Origin: a virus
Lineage: Duplodnaviria > Caudoviricetes
Strand: one strand, 5' to 3'
Virus record (IMG/VR): IMGVR_UViG_3300020478_000009
Span: 1-56,319 of that record
DNA: 56,319 nt
The position numbers and the translations under genes were made by a program. Below are positions 1 to 8,969 of this stretch, piece after piece. The notes under the pieces were generated by a model. That model searched no databases. It had not been told where the DNA came from and saw only the letters and a program-made list of their open reading frames with translations. How positions within the stretch are numbered: position 1 is the stretch's first letter; each line of letters starts with the position of its first letter.

Positions 1-77
1 GATGTTACATACCCATAAGGAGGATAATGAAAGTTTGGATTGATCAAGATTTGTGTACTGGAGATGGTTTATGCGAA
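1..77. repeat. 77-bp direct terminal repeat (left copy), circular-assembly overlap
   Basis: Bases 1-77 are identical to 56243-56319; 77 is a common assembler k-mer. Confidence 0.95.
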
Positions 78-266
78 GAACTTTGCGGTGACATATTCTA
101 CGGTCATAGTGACGGATTGTTTTACGTTAAGGAAGCAGGAACACCAACACCTAAAGAACCTACTCACAAGATGAGCGAGACAGTTGATGTGCCTGACAAC
201 TTAGGTGAAGCAGTTATTGAAGCGGCTGAAGAATGTCCCGGAGAATGTATTTTTGTTGAGCCTTAA
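27..266 (+). CDS. Single-cluster ferredoxin (3Fe-4S/4Fe-4S), actinobacterial type
   Basis: CTGDGLC (CxxDxxC) plus C-terminal CPGEC; SD AAGGAGG at 17-23. Confidence 0.9.
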   Translation: MKVWIDQDLCTGDGLCEELCGDIFYGHSDGLFYVKEAGTPTPKEPTHKMSETVDVPDNLGEAVIEAAEECPGECIFVEP

Positions 267-1159
267 ACAGTCATTAACTTTTTTTTCATAAAAGCAATAT
301 GCTTAGGTGTGCTTCCACAACATGCACCTATGATTGTTAAGCCTTCTTTTATGACTTCAGCAGCTTGTTCTGCCATGATCTCAGGTGTTCCACTATAAAC
401 AAGATCAGCACCATGCCATTCAGGGACACCAGCATTAGGTTTAAAAACTATAAGGCAATTATAACCAGAGTAGTTTTCACAAACACTTCTCATCATTTTT
501 ATAGCATTTTTTGTATCTTCCAGACTAGCTCCACAATTAGCCCCAATTCCAAGAAGATTATAAGACTCAATTAAATCTGCTTGTTGAAAACCGCTAACAC
601 CCATCATTGTATGGCCTGCTGTGTCATAGCTCATTGTTGCAACAAGTGGCAAATTTGTAACTTGACGAATACCTTTTATAGCCGCTTGAATTTCTTTCAA
701 ATCACTAAAAGTCTCTAGCCATAAAATATCTACTCCACCCTCAACTAAACCTATAGCTTGAGTTTTATAAGCATCTGTTACTTCCTCTGGTGTAAGAACA
801 CCTAAAGGTTCTAACAATCCCCCTGTCGGGCCAAGGGAACCCGCTACAAAAGCCTCTCTGTCTAAAACATCTACTGCTCGCCTAGCTATTTCTGCCGCTG
901 ACTTGTTGATTTCTATAACACGATCATCTAATTCATGTAAAAGCAACCGAAACTTGTTACCACCAAAAGTGTTAGTTAAAACAATGTCTGAACCAGCGTT
1001 TAAATATCCTTCGTGGACTTTATAAACTTTTTCTTTATCATGTAAATTTAATGCTTCTGGTGCCATCCCTGCTTCTAGCCCAGAATTAAAAAGTTGTGTC
1101 CCCATTGCACCGTCAGCTAATAAATAACCTTGTTTCTTTAATAATTCTTTTATAGTCAT
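263..1159 (-). CDS. Homocysteine S-methyltransferase family protein (stand-alone Hcy-binding domain, BHMT/MetH N-terminal-like)
   Basis: LADGAMGT, GSDIVLTNTFG, GSLGPTG, GANC, PNAG and GACCG Zn-ligand motifs. Confidence 0.92.
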   Translation of the reverse strand: MTIKELLKKQGYLLADGAMGTQLFNSGLEAGMAPEALNLHDKEKVYKVHEGYLNAGSDIVLTNTFGGNKFRLLLHELDDRVIEINKSAAEIARRAVDVLDREAFVAGSLGPTGGLLEPLGVLTPEEVTDAYKTQAIGLVEGGVDILWLETFSDLKEIQAAIKGIRQVTNLPLVATMSYDTAGHTMMGVSGFQQADLIESYNLLGIGANCGASLEDTKNAIKMMRSVCENYSGYNCLIVFKPNAGVPEWHGADLVYSGTPEIMAEQAAEVIKEGLTIIGACCGSTPKHIAFMKKKLMTV

Positions 1160-2227
1160 TTAGTCCTCAAAGGTTATAGCTGTTTGCCAAAGAACATTCT
1201 TATTAGGCGTATCAATCCAAAGAGCTTGCTGTGGGGCTTCATAAGGATAATTGCTAATAGCGGCGTACTCGTCATAACCTTTAAGGCTTCCATTTAACAT
1301 AAACCCTGACGATGGAGCCATGATTAACTGGTGAAAATGTCCTAATACCATGTAATCAAAATGTGCATTTTGTCGTTTACGTGCCACCATTCTCATAAGC
1401 GGAGGCCAGATACCACCGATACCACCACCACCTCTAGCTTGATCACCATGAGTTAAAAGATATGTAGTGTCTTGAACTTGAACAAAAGTATCTGCCGCTT
1501 CACCAACATTAAAAGTAACTCGTTCATGGTCTTCAAATTGTTTCTCTAAGGTTTTAGAAAGAAGCCAATCGAAGTTGTCTTTCGCTCGAAGCTTTGCTCT
1601 GCTCTTCCGGGTTCTTCGTCCATGATTACCCACTACTGAAGGAACATGAACATAATCAAAATGATCGGCAAGTAAATTGATTCCTGCGGCTAATTGCTCA
1701 GTCCAGAAAATAACAGAACTCAGAATGGTGTCTTCGTTGGTTTCTGAAAGCTCTTCGTGAATATCACCTGAGAATAAATCTCCGCCAAGAAACAACACGC
1801 AACCTTCGTACTCAATACCAGTGATGTAATCGGTTGTTAAAAGAATTACTTTCTGAAAGTACGTTTCCAGTCTCTTGACCGCAATTTTTCGATTGTATTC
1901 ATTACGGTGTTGTATTTCTTCCGGTCTAACAATCTCGTCAAAATGTGTATCTGAAAGAATTGTACAAACAACACCGCTTCCTTTCTTTCCTTTTTTCTTT
2001 AACCATTTAGGTGGTTCGTAATGATGACCACCTAGATAACCGTGAATAGTTGCAGAGAGTTGAGCTTCTTCTAAAGCTTCTTCTAATTCTTTTATTTGAG
2101 CTTGTTGAATTTTTTTTTCAGTTTGAAGTTTAGTTTTAGCTCTTGAAAGAGTAGCAAGTTCTTGGATTACAGCGTTTTCATTGGCGAAAGACGCTAAATC
2201 CGGCTTATTTTTCTTCTCTGCGTTCAC
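1160..2227 (-). CDS. Calcineurin-like metallophosphoesterase with N-terminal coiled coil
   Basis: SDTH, GGD..GDIH, GNHG, HGD and GHFH motifs. Confidence 0.85.
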   Translation of the reverse strand: MNAEKKNKPDLASFANENAVIQELATLSRAKTKLQTEKKIQQAQIKELEEALEEAQLSATIHGYLGGHHYEPPKWLKKKGKKGSGVVCTILSDTHFDEIVRPEEIQHRNEYNRKIAVKRLETYFQKVILLTTDYITGIEYEGCVLFLGGDLFSGDIHEELSETNEDTILSSVIFWTEQLAAGINLLADHFDYVHVPSVVGNHGRRTRKSRAKLRAKDNFDWLLSKTLEKQFEDHERVTFNVGEAADTFVQVQDTTYLLTHGDQARGGGGIGGIWPPLMRMVARKRQNAHFDYMVLGHFHQLIMAPSSGFMLNGSLKGYDEYAAISNYPYEAPQQALWIDTPNKNVLWQTAITFED

Positions 2228-2450
2228 GCGTAGTTACCGCATGTAGTTTTCCTTGGGTAGCACCTTCGTATCCTAATGAATGCAACCACTCGCAGATAAC
2301 AACTTTGCCGTATCTTCGTTGACCTGCTGGAGTTTGAAAAACATCCCAGATTTCGTTAAAAATGTTGTCAGGTAAGTCATCTACCCATGCACCAATGGTG
2401 CTTGTTTTATCTTTAGCAAACTCTTCTAAGCTAATATGTTGATTGGACAT
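2205..2450 (-). CDS. Hypothetical protein, probably leaderless
   Basis: ORF overlaps the phosphoesterase start; TAAGCT lies 7 nt before ATG. Confidence 0.6.
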   Translation of the reverse strand: MSNQHISLEEFAKDKTSTIGAWVDDLPDNIFNEIWDVFQTPAGQRRYGKVVICEWLHSLGYEGATQGKLHAVTTRERREEK

Positions 2451-2616
2451 AGGGTTTAGCTTAGTCTTTTATCGCCTAAAATCGAGGTATTCCATTCAAC
2501 TAATCCAAAATTTTAAGAAATTCCAGTATGAACGACATCGTGCGAAGCGTTCGTTAGCTAATGTAGTAAGCACTGAACCTCCGGTTTATTTAGATCGGCG
2601 GATAGGAGGTAAACCT

Positions 2617-2985
2617 GTGAGTAAACAAAAGTTGTTCCATTACAGGGCAAATGTAGATCGCATTATTGATGGAGATACCATTGATGTTACTTTAGATTTG
2701 GGTTTCGATATTCAAATGAAAGGGCGTATCCGGTTTCATGGAATAAACGCTCCTGAGTCTAGAACAAGAGATGCTGTAGAGAAAGAAGCTGGTTTGGCTT
2801 CTAAAAGATATGTTGAAGATTGGATAAGCGCACAAGAAAATAGTGTGATTATTCAAACTTCTTTAGATGACAGAGGAAAGTTTGGTCGTATACTGGGCAG
2901 AATCCTTAGTAGTGAAGGTGATTGTCTTAATGATGAGATGGTCAGCTTAGGTCATGCAACACCATACGAGGGTGGAAAACGTTGA
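2617..2985 (+). CDS. Thermonuclease (SNase-like) family protein
   Basis: IIDGDTIDV, RIRFHGINAPE, GKFGRILG; GTG start at 2617 follows AGGAGG, so shorter than the ORF-track call. Confidence 0.85.
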   Translation: MSKQKLFHYRANVDRIIDGDTIDVTLDLGFDIQMKGRIRFHGINAPESRTRDAVEKEAGLASKRYVEDWISAQENSVIIQTSLDDRGKFGRILGRILSSEGDCLNDEMVSLGHATPYEGGKR

Positions 2986-3224
2986 GCGCAGAAGTTGTTA
3001 CTGCGATTGGAGCTATAGCTACTGCGGCTGTTGGTGGTTCGTTCACAGTAATGGCATATAAGGTACGGCGCAACAATGATGATGCCCATGAATCCAATAA
3101 ACGAGTTTTAGACTCTATTGATCGTAGAACTGAGCAAATGGACAACAAATTGGATCGGCATGGAGAATGGATTGCAGCCCACGGAGCGTGGCATCGCGGC
3201 CGGGGCGACAATCCCAGTGAATAG
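2982..3224 (+). CDS. Small membrane-anchored coiled-coil protein
   Basis: N-terminal hydrophobic helix, heptad C-terminus; start overlaps upstream stop. Confidence 0.6.
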   Translation: MSAEVVTAIGAIATAAVGGSFTVMAYKVRRNNDDAHESNKRVLDSIDRRTEQMDNKLDRHGEWIAAHGAWHRGRGDNPSE

Positions 3225-3232
3225 ATTATTTA

Positions 3233-3652
3233 CTATTTGTTGAATATCGCTTTGTTAGCTTCAACAACTTCTTTGCTTAACTCTTCTGCCCATTCAGCAG
3301 GGGTAGCCCCATTGATTGATGAGGCATCTTTTAATGTCATCTCAGGGGTATAAAAGTATCTTTTAGCAACTTTCCAATTCCCGGAAGCTTTTGAAAGCAC
3401 GTAAGTTCCGTTGTCACCGTTGTCGTGATCAAGTTTTCTAACCTGATCAACGTAAACGCTTAACTGACCACCGAACCAATTAGCGACCATTTGAATGAAT
3501 CTTGCTTTTTCGCTGATTTCTAGCTCGTCTGCCGCTTTACAGAAACCTTCAACAGATTCCAGCCCCCCATTCCAATGAAGGTAAAGGCCAACTTCGTTCA
3601 AAGTTTGTTGAAGTGATTCACTTTCAAAAGCGATAACTGCTCTGTTTCCCAT
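3233..3652 (-). CDS. Hypothetical phage protein (YLHWNGG motif)
   Basis: SD GGAGGT; last gene of a leftward small-gene cluster. Confidence 0.65.
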   Translation of the reverse strand: MGNRAVIAFESESLQQTLNEVGLYLHWNGGLESVEGFCKAADELEISEKARFIQMVANWFGGQLSVYVDQVRKLDHDNGDNGTYVLSKASGNWKVAKRYFYTPEMTLKDASSINGATPAEWAEELSKEVVEANKAIFNK

Positions 3653-3657
3653 TATAT

Positions 3658-3909
3658 TTACACCTCCTTCCCTAGTACTAATTTTTTGTCAATCTGATGT
3701 TCGTTGATGTTGTCAACACCGTCACCTTCGCCATATTCGACTGGGTTGTAACAAGCTTTGCAACAAAGCTCATCTGTGTCCATGTATGTGGAATACGCTC
3801 CACAACAGTTTGTTAAACGTGTTCCGTCTCTTTTATCAATAACCCATACTTCAATATCTTGTGCTGTTGAAACTTCTGTTAGAACAGCGTTTTCATTTTT
3901 AAATCTCAT
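3658..3909 (-). CDS. Hypothetical Cys-rich (Zn-binding) protein
   Basis: NCCGA and CCKAC; SD AAAGGAGA. Confidence 0.6.
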   Translation of the reverse strand: MRFKNENAVLTEVSTAQDIEVWVIDKRDGTRLTNCCGAYSTYMDTDELCCKACYNPVEYGEGDGVDNINEHQIDKKLVLGKEV

Positions 3910-3927
3910 TTCTCTTCTCCTTTTCTG

Positions 3928-4146
3928 TTAATGAGTTAAAACGTAATAGCTCACTTGGTTAGCGTAAGGCGTGTGCAAACCTTGAACTTCTACTTGCTCG
4001 CCATCTTCAACAATGTGTTTGAAAACTTCACCTTCGCAAATACCAAGTCCATCTTTTGCAGTAGTCCAAATTTCATCACTTTGTGCTTCTGCTACTTGAC
4101 CTTGATATGTGATTTCTTCACAACAGTGCATACAAGTTGTTGCCAT
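3928..4146 (-). CDS. Hypothetical protein
   Basis: SD GAAAGGAGA; CMHCC. Confidence 0.55.
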   Translation of the reverse strand: MATTCMHCCEEITYQGQVAEAQSDEIWTTAKDGLGICEGEVFKHIVEDGEQVEVQGLHTPYANQVSYYVLTH

Positions 4147-4175
4147 TTTTGTCTCCTTTCTTTTTTCTTTAATTA

Positions 4176-4481
4176 TTAAGGCCTTACCCCTTCTTTAGCT
4201 TCTGCTAAGTATTCGGTAAGAGTTTTTGTTGCTGTAAAATAAGCATCTCTTTCAACCCTTGGAACGTTCGCAAGTGTGAGTTCTTTCAACTCATTCACAT
4301 CGACATATCCCAATTCAGGAAAACCTAAACCAAGGTCACACAAACCAAAAGCAACACCGTTTTCATCTATTTCAGTAAGCAACCAATACGCTTGACCAAA
4401 AGCGTCAAACAGTTTTACAACTGGTTTGTCTGTTTTGTTAGTTAACAGTTTTTCCTCTTGTGCTTTAGTTATCAATTTCAT
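4176..4481 (-). CDS. DUF2958-like protein
   Basis: PVVKLF, WLLTE, AFGLCDLGLGFPELGYV, VERD. Confidence 0.8.
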   Translation of the reverse strand: MKLITKAQEEKLLTNKTDKPVVKLFDAFGQAYWLLTEIDENGVAFGLCDLGLGFPELGYVDVNELKELTLANVPRVERDAYFTATKTLTEYLAEAKEGVRP

Positions 4482-4512
4482 TTTTCACCTCCTTTCTTTT
4501 TTCTTTCGACCA

Positions 4513-4782
4513 TCAAACTTCTGCCCAAAACGCTTCTCTCGCTTCTGCTACTTGGGCAAATCTTTTTCTTTCCACTCTCCAAACCACAAAGTTTTCAGCC
4601 GCAACAACCGCTTTCTTCCAAGCCCAAACCAAAACAAACACAGCACCAGCCGTTGCCGCCACACACCAAAAAAACGCAACGCCTTTGTAAACTCTCCGAT
4701 TGTATTCCTTCTGCCGTCTGATTTTTTCGGCCTCAAAAGCACCAACCACAACCGCTTCCTTCCGGACCCTCTTCTCTCTCAT
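4513..4782 (-). CDS. Hypothetical single-TM protein, leaderless first gene of leftward island
   Basis: TATACT lies 6 nt before ATG; hydrophobic central segment. Confidence 0.5.
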   Translation of the reverse strand: MREKRVRKEAVVVGAFEAEKIRRQKEYNRRVYKGVAFFWCVAATAGAVFVLVWAWKKAVVAAENFVVWRVERKRFAQVAEAREAFWAEV

Positions 4783-4880
4783 ATAATAAGTATATATCGA
4801 GATAGCGTAATATAGCTAGTTATAGCGTAGATATATATAGAAAAACCCTCTAAAAAACCCTATGAAATCAAGGTTTTTAG
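4783..4880 (-). promoter_or_regulatory. Island promoter with 10-bp-phased ACGCTAT(A) repeats and upstream palindrome
   Basis: Repeats at 4801/4811/4821 on the minus strand; -10 TATACT; CCTTGATTTCATAGGG element at 4852-4878. Confidence 0.65.
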
Positions 4881-4915
4881 AGAGTTTTAGAAAAAGTTTA
4901 GATTTTTTTAGAAAA

Positions 4916-5080
4916 TCAGGCCAGAGAATGAGAATTTTTGAGAATCTTAATCATTCCTTCAAGTTGATGCTCGCTAATTTTATTTTCAATCTCAGTTTGT
5001 TTAAGCTCATTTAGAACACGAAGCTCGCAACAGCAATCAAATTGACCATCTTCGCTATAACAAATTTGTTTATGTTTCAT
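4916..5080 (-). CDS. Hypothetical 54-aa protein (not in ORF track)
   Basis: Hand-translated MKHKQICYSEDGQFDCCCELRV...; fills the gap downstream of terL. Confidence 0.4.
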   Translation of the reverse strand: MKHKQICYSEDGQFDCCCELRVLNELKQTEIENKISEHQLEGMIKILKNSHSLA

Positions 5081-5119
5081 ATTGCTATAAGTCTACAGGT
5101 TTATCTGACAAGAAAAACC

Positions 5120-6673
5120 TTAACGAATGTCCCAAGGATTAGATTGAGTTAAACCAGTAGCTCCAATGATCGGGACTTTTCCACGTGGTGTCTCGTATAA
5201 AGCTAGAAGAATAGCTTCAGCCCTATCCGGGGACGGCACTCCACGTTTACGCATAGCTTCTTTTTTCTCAATCGTAATTCGACCAGAAGAATCTGAGCCA
5301 TAACGAGGCACAGAAAGTTGAGCGGCAGTTTTCCTATCAATCTCTAGTCTTACTTCCTGTAGGCCATTGGAATCTGGTTGTAAAAGTCTTCGAGTGTTCC
5401 ACCACATTTCTGCTCGCTGATTAGCAAATTGCTGAGGCGACCCAGAGCGTTCAGCAACATTAACTCGAATGATCTCAGCACTATGTCGGCGTTCTGTTTT
5501 CCATGTTTCCAAGATAGAAGCTACACCCCATCCAACTCCGACTGAATCAATTTTTACTCTTATGGGTTTGCGCCAAGGCCCGCGATCAGCAAATTTTTCT
5601 GCTTCTTCGATTTGTCTGAGTATTTGACCTGCGACATCTACAGCATTGATATTTGCTATACCACCTTGTGTATAAACCAAACGTACTGAGAAACCTTCGG
5701 CTCTAGCGATTGCAACTTCATCACCACCTCCTGCGGCGACATCAACACCTAATCTAATTTCGTCACTATAAGATGGGGCCTCATTTTCCATACTTCGTTC
5801 AACCCAGTCAATAGGAATAACTCGGTTACCTGTGTCTCTTGGAAATTCGGCGTGAACTCTGGCTTTGACATAAGCAGAGTCTTCACCAAATTCTCTGATT
5901 ACATCATCAACCCATTCTTGATTGATTAACTGTTGAGCTATTTCAGGTGGGCATTCTTCACCAGTAAAGTTAGGCGTGACTGAAGCTGGAATTTTTACAA
6001 CGTTATAGTTTCCGGCTTCGACTGCTCGTTCAAACCATGTATCGGAATCATCACTGGGAGGATTTCCAATAGCTAGTAAACGTGTGTGTCCACCTGTCAT
6101 TAGAGACTCAAATCCTTTTCCCAGTGTTGGACTAATACCTCCGGCTTCGTCAACAATAATTAAAAGATGAGGAACGTGGATTCCCTGCACACTTGCTTCA
6201 TCATGGTCAGAAGGAGAGAAACCAAAAGCTATTAAATCACGACCTTGTTTCCATTCGGTTGTTGTCATTTCTCCTAGAAGAGAACCTGCAGCGTGAACTT
6301 TGCGAATGTGAGGCCAAAGAATTGTACGCACTTGTCTAAAAGTTGGCGCTGTAGTTATCACTAGAGCAGATCCCGGTGGATGAACCGCTCCCCACCATGC
6401 AGCGGCTCTTGCCGCTATATGGGATTTACCGGGAGCGTGACACGCTGGGACTGCTGTTCTTTTATTATCTACTAGAGAGCGAAGTATTTCTCTTTGCTTT
6501 GACCAGAGAAATTCCCCTAAAGCTATTTCTACAAACCCTTCAGGGTAATCCTCGAATACGGCCCATTTTGTTCCACGTTCAGCTTCGAGTGCTTCCCATG
6601 CAAGTTTGCCTTCAGCATTAAGGATTTTTAAGCGTTCCTGTGGTGGTAGGTCAAAAAGTAAATCTAGAGACAT
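5120..6673 (-). CDS. terL: Terminase large subunit
   Basis: Walker A ACHAPGKS, Walker B IIVDEA, nuclease LGVDVA and SPDRAEA. Confidence 0.92.
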   Translation of the reverse strand: MSLDLLFDLPPQERLKILNAEGKLAWEALEAERGTKWAVFEDYPEGFVEIALGEFLWSKQREILRSLVDNKRTAVPACHAPGKSHIAARAAAWWGAVHPPGSALVITTAPTFRQVRTILWPHIRKVHAAGSLLGEMTTTEWKQGRDLIAFGFSPSDHDEASVQGIHVPHLLIIVDEAGGISPTLGKGFESLMTGGHTRLLAIGNPPSDDSDTWFERAVEAGNYNVVKIPASVTPNFTGEECPPEIAQQLINQEWVDDVIREFGEDSAYVKARVHAEFPRDTGNRVIPIDWVERSMENEAPSYSDEIRLGVDVAAGGGDEVAIARAEGFSVRLVYTQGGIANINAVDVAGQILRQIEEAEKFADRGPWRKPIRVKIDSVGVGWGVASILETWKTERRHSAEIIRVNVAERSGSPQQFANQRAEMWWNTRRLLQPDSNGLQEVRLEIDRKTAAQLSVPRYGSDSSGRITIEKKEAMRKRGVPSPDRAEAILLALYETPRGKVPIIGATGLTQSNPWDIR

Positions 6674-6754
6674 ATATAAAAAGTATCAGTCTTATTTTAT
6701 ATTAGGGGAATTATCTTGGGATTTCGGAAAAAGTATTTTTAGCAAAATATAATT

Positions 6755-6812
6755 ATTCATGCTATATCGTGCTATAGTTAATCATGTGGTTGATGATAAC
6801 GAAAGGAGAGAA
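6755..6812 (+). promoter_or_regulatory. Island promoter and strong RBS
   Basis: GCTATA repeats 10 bp apart, -10 TATAGT at 6773, RBS CGAAAGGAGA. Confidence 0.6.
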
Positions 6813-7127
6813 ATGGAATCATTAAAAACATCAGCAATATGTGGTCCTTGGACGTCACAACAATGTCCAGTCTGTGAAGAATGGATTTATGTTGACGGAG
6901 GCCCATTTGCTGAAGACAATGACAGAACAAAACCTTTGGCTGGTGCTCATCACGTAAAGTTAGAGCATCCAGAAGTTTGTGTTTTTAACACTAACGAAGA
7001 AGGTCATGTAACTTCTGTTAGTTTTCCTGTTTTGACTTTCAATGAAGAAACTGTTGAAGCATGGATACCTAATGAGTTAGTAGATGATTTAAGGGCTAAA
7101 AACCCTTGTGCGTTTTCAAGGTTCTAA
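6813..7127 (+). CDS. Hypothetical protein with CxxC...HxxxxH putative Zn site
   Basis: Start moved to the ATG after the SD; CPVC and HVKLEH. Confidence 0.6.
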   Translation: MESLKTSAICGPWTSQQCPVCEEWIYVDGGPFAEDNDRTKPLAGAHHVKLEHPEVCVFNTNEEGHVTSVSFPVLTFNEETVEAWIPNELVDDLRAKNPCAFSRF

Positions 7128-7144
7128 AAGAAAAGGAGAAAGAA

Positions 7145-7477
7145 ATGACACCTGAAATGAAAAAAGCAACAGAAGAACTTTCTGTAAAAATAGATGAAGC
7201 TCAATCTGATGAACTGTGGATTGATTTAGGAGGTCGAGTAGCTTGTGCCAAAACAAGATGTATTGGCCTTTATGCAATGAGTGCTTTGGGACATAATCCT
7301 GAGGCAACAGAGATTGAAACACCTATCAGTGTTTGGAAGAAAATCTCTGTCTTCTATCCGGGATGGATAGAAGAAGAAGGTGTTGAGTGTGAGACTTGTG
7401 AACACGACAAAAAAACAGAAATGCAAAAGAAGATTGATGGTGTTTTGGAACTAATAGCAACAACTAAAGGAGAATAA
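7145..7477 (+). CDS. Hypothetical protein
   Basis: SD AAAGGAGA; CETC motif. Confidence 0.6.
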   Translation: MTPEMKKATEELSVKIDEAQSDELWIDLGGRVACAKTRCIGLYAMSALGHNPEATEIETPISVWKKISVFYPGWIEEEGVECETCEHDKKTEMQKKIDGVLELIATTKGE

Positions 7478-8257
7478 GTGAGTGATAAAGAAAAAGTATT
7501 AAGCACTATACAAAAACTACTTAATCAAGCTGAAAGCACAGAGTTTGAAGAAGAAGCTCAAGCTTTCTTAGCTCATGCTGAACGTCTAATGACGAAGTAT
7601 GACATTGAAGAAGCGTTGCTTGCTCAAGCAGGTAAACCAATTAGCGATTCTATTAACAAGGCACAATTTTGGTTTGATTCCAACAATTACCAAGGGCCTC
7701 GTATGCGTCTAGTTACTGGTGTAGCTCGCGCTCACGGATTGACTGACATAATCCAGTTACATCCTCAATATAGAGATGGTAAAAAGCAAGTAGCCATTGA
7801 GGTGTTTGGTTATCAATCTGATCTCGATTACTTGAACATGCTTGTAACATCTTTGTTTATGCAAGCAGGCGAAGCACTTCATAAACCTGATGTTGTAGCT
7901 CAGATGGAAGCTGAGTGTTATTATCCTGCGCATAAGGTCGCGTGGAAGAATGCGTTCATGCTTGGTTTCTCAGGCAGGGTTGCATCAAGGTTAGCTGAGG
8001 CTGTTAAGGAAGCTAAAGAAGAAGTAATTCAAGAGCAAACAGAAACTACTTCTGAATCAGTTGAGCTTGCTTTGATAGACAAATCGAAGCTAGTAACTGA
8101 AGCTTTTAGAAGTGAATATCCTCGTACTGTCCAAGGTCGAGGTTCAAGCGCTGGTTCAAGAGGAGGTTCAGGTTCAACTTTTGGAGACAAGGCTGGTCAA
8201 AAAGCAAGCCTTGGTGGTAAATCTGTTGAAAGTAAACAAGGAGCGCTGACAGCATGA
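7478..8257 (+). CDS. DUF2786-domain protein
   Basis: N-terminal IQKLLNQAEST..EEA..AERLMTKYDI; C-terminal AFMLGFSGRVASRL. Confidence 0.85.
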   Translation: MSDKEKVLSTIQKLLNQAESTEFEEEAQAFLAHAERLMTKYDIEEALLAQAGKPISDSINKAQFWFDSNNYQGPRMRLVTGVARAHGLTDIIQLHPQYRDGKKQVAIEVFGYQSDLDYLNMLVTSLFMQAGEALHKPDVVAQMEAECYYPAHKVAWKNAFMLGFSGRVASRLAEAVKEAKEEVIQEQTETTSESVELALIDKSKLVTEAFRSEYPRTVQGRGSSAGSRGGSGSTFGDKAGQKASLGGKSVESKQGALTA

Positions 8258-8778
8258 ATGTAAAATACAACGAAGATATTGACGCGCCTGATGTTTATGA
8301 TGCAGAAAACAAAGTTGAAGTTCCTGAGCATTACCAGTTTTCAACTTTTGATGAATGTAAAGATTTCACTGAAGCTCTTACGACATCTCACTACTGGTTT
8401 GAGCGTGGTGGAGAAATGGCGATGATTGAACCAATTCTTCTTTATAGACAAAGATGCAATGCTACCAGTGCTGCCGGGTATGAAGCCCGTGGTTTGTCAG
8501 TTAGATTGAATGAGCAACATTATAATGTTCTGATTATTTGCCATGAATTAGCTCACATAATGGCAACGTTCAGACATTCTGTGTCACAGGGCCATAGTAA
8601 ATTGTTTAGGACTGAATACTTATCTTTAGTCAAATATGTTTCACCAGACTTAGCTTCACAATTAGCTGAGAAGTTTAGTGAAGCTGATTTAGACTGGGAG
8701 GCAGATACTCAAGCGTGGGATGCACCAAAATTTGTCTACGATTTTAATAAACGTATAAACGGTGCAATAGCGCTTTAG
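8254..8778 (+). CDS. HEXXH zinc metallohydrolase (Rv0185/TIGR04338-like)
   Basis: ICHELAH followed by GHSKLFRTEY; coupled to the DUF2786 gene. Confidence 0.75.
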   Translation: MNVKYNEDIDAPDVYDAENKVEVPEHYQFSTFDECKDFTEALTTSHYWFERGGEMAMIEPILLYRQRCNATSAAGYEARGLSVRLNEQHYNVLIICHELAHIMATFRHSVSQGHSKLFRTEYLSLVKYVSPDLASQLAEKFSEADLDWEADTQAWDAPKFVYDFNKRINGAIAL

Positions 8779-8805
8779 CCTGCTATATTAAATACAACAT
8801 AAAAA

Positions 8806-8935
8806 ACATTCTCAAGTTTTGATTGGGAACAGAACAAGTTAAAACTCTTAATGTAGTTCTATTCTCAATCATTTAAGTGGTAGGGGGATGGTTCCCTTCT
8901 TCGGAAGTTAATGACCTTAACCCCTATCACTACCC
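8806..8935 (+). ncRNA. Candidate structured RNA or leader (two long hairpins)
   Basis: 8821-8835 pairs with 8856-8870; 8876-8886 pairs with 8921-8931; inner CTTC-TTCG-GAAG tetraloop hairpin. Confidence 0.5.
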
Positions 8936-8969
8936 TTAAATAATATGAGATTTAAATAAAGGAGATATT

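Noticed and set aside
2443-2616. N-terminal extension of the nuclease in the ORF track
   Set aside because: The strong SD precedes GTG 2617; the upstream part is a divergent promoter region
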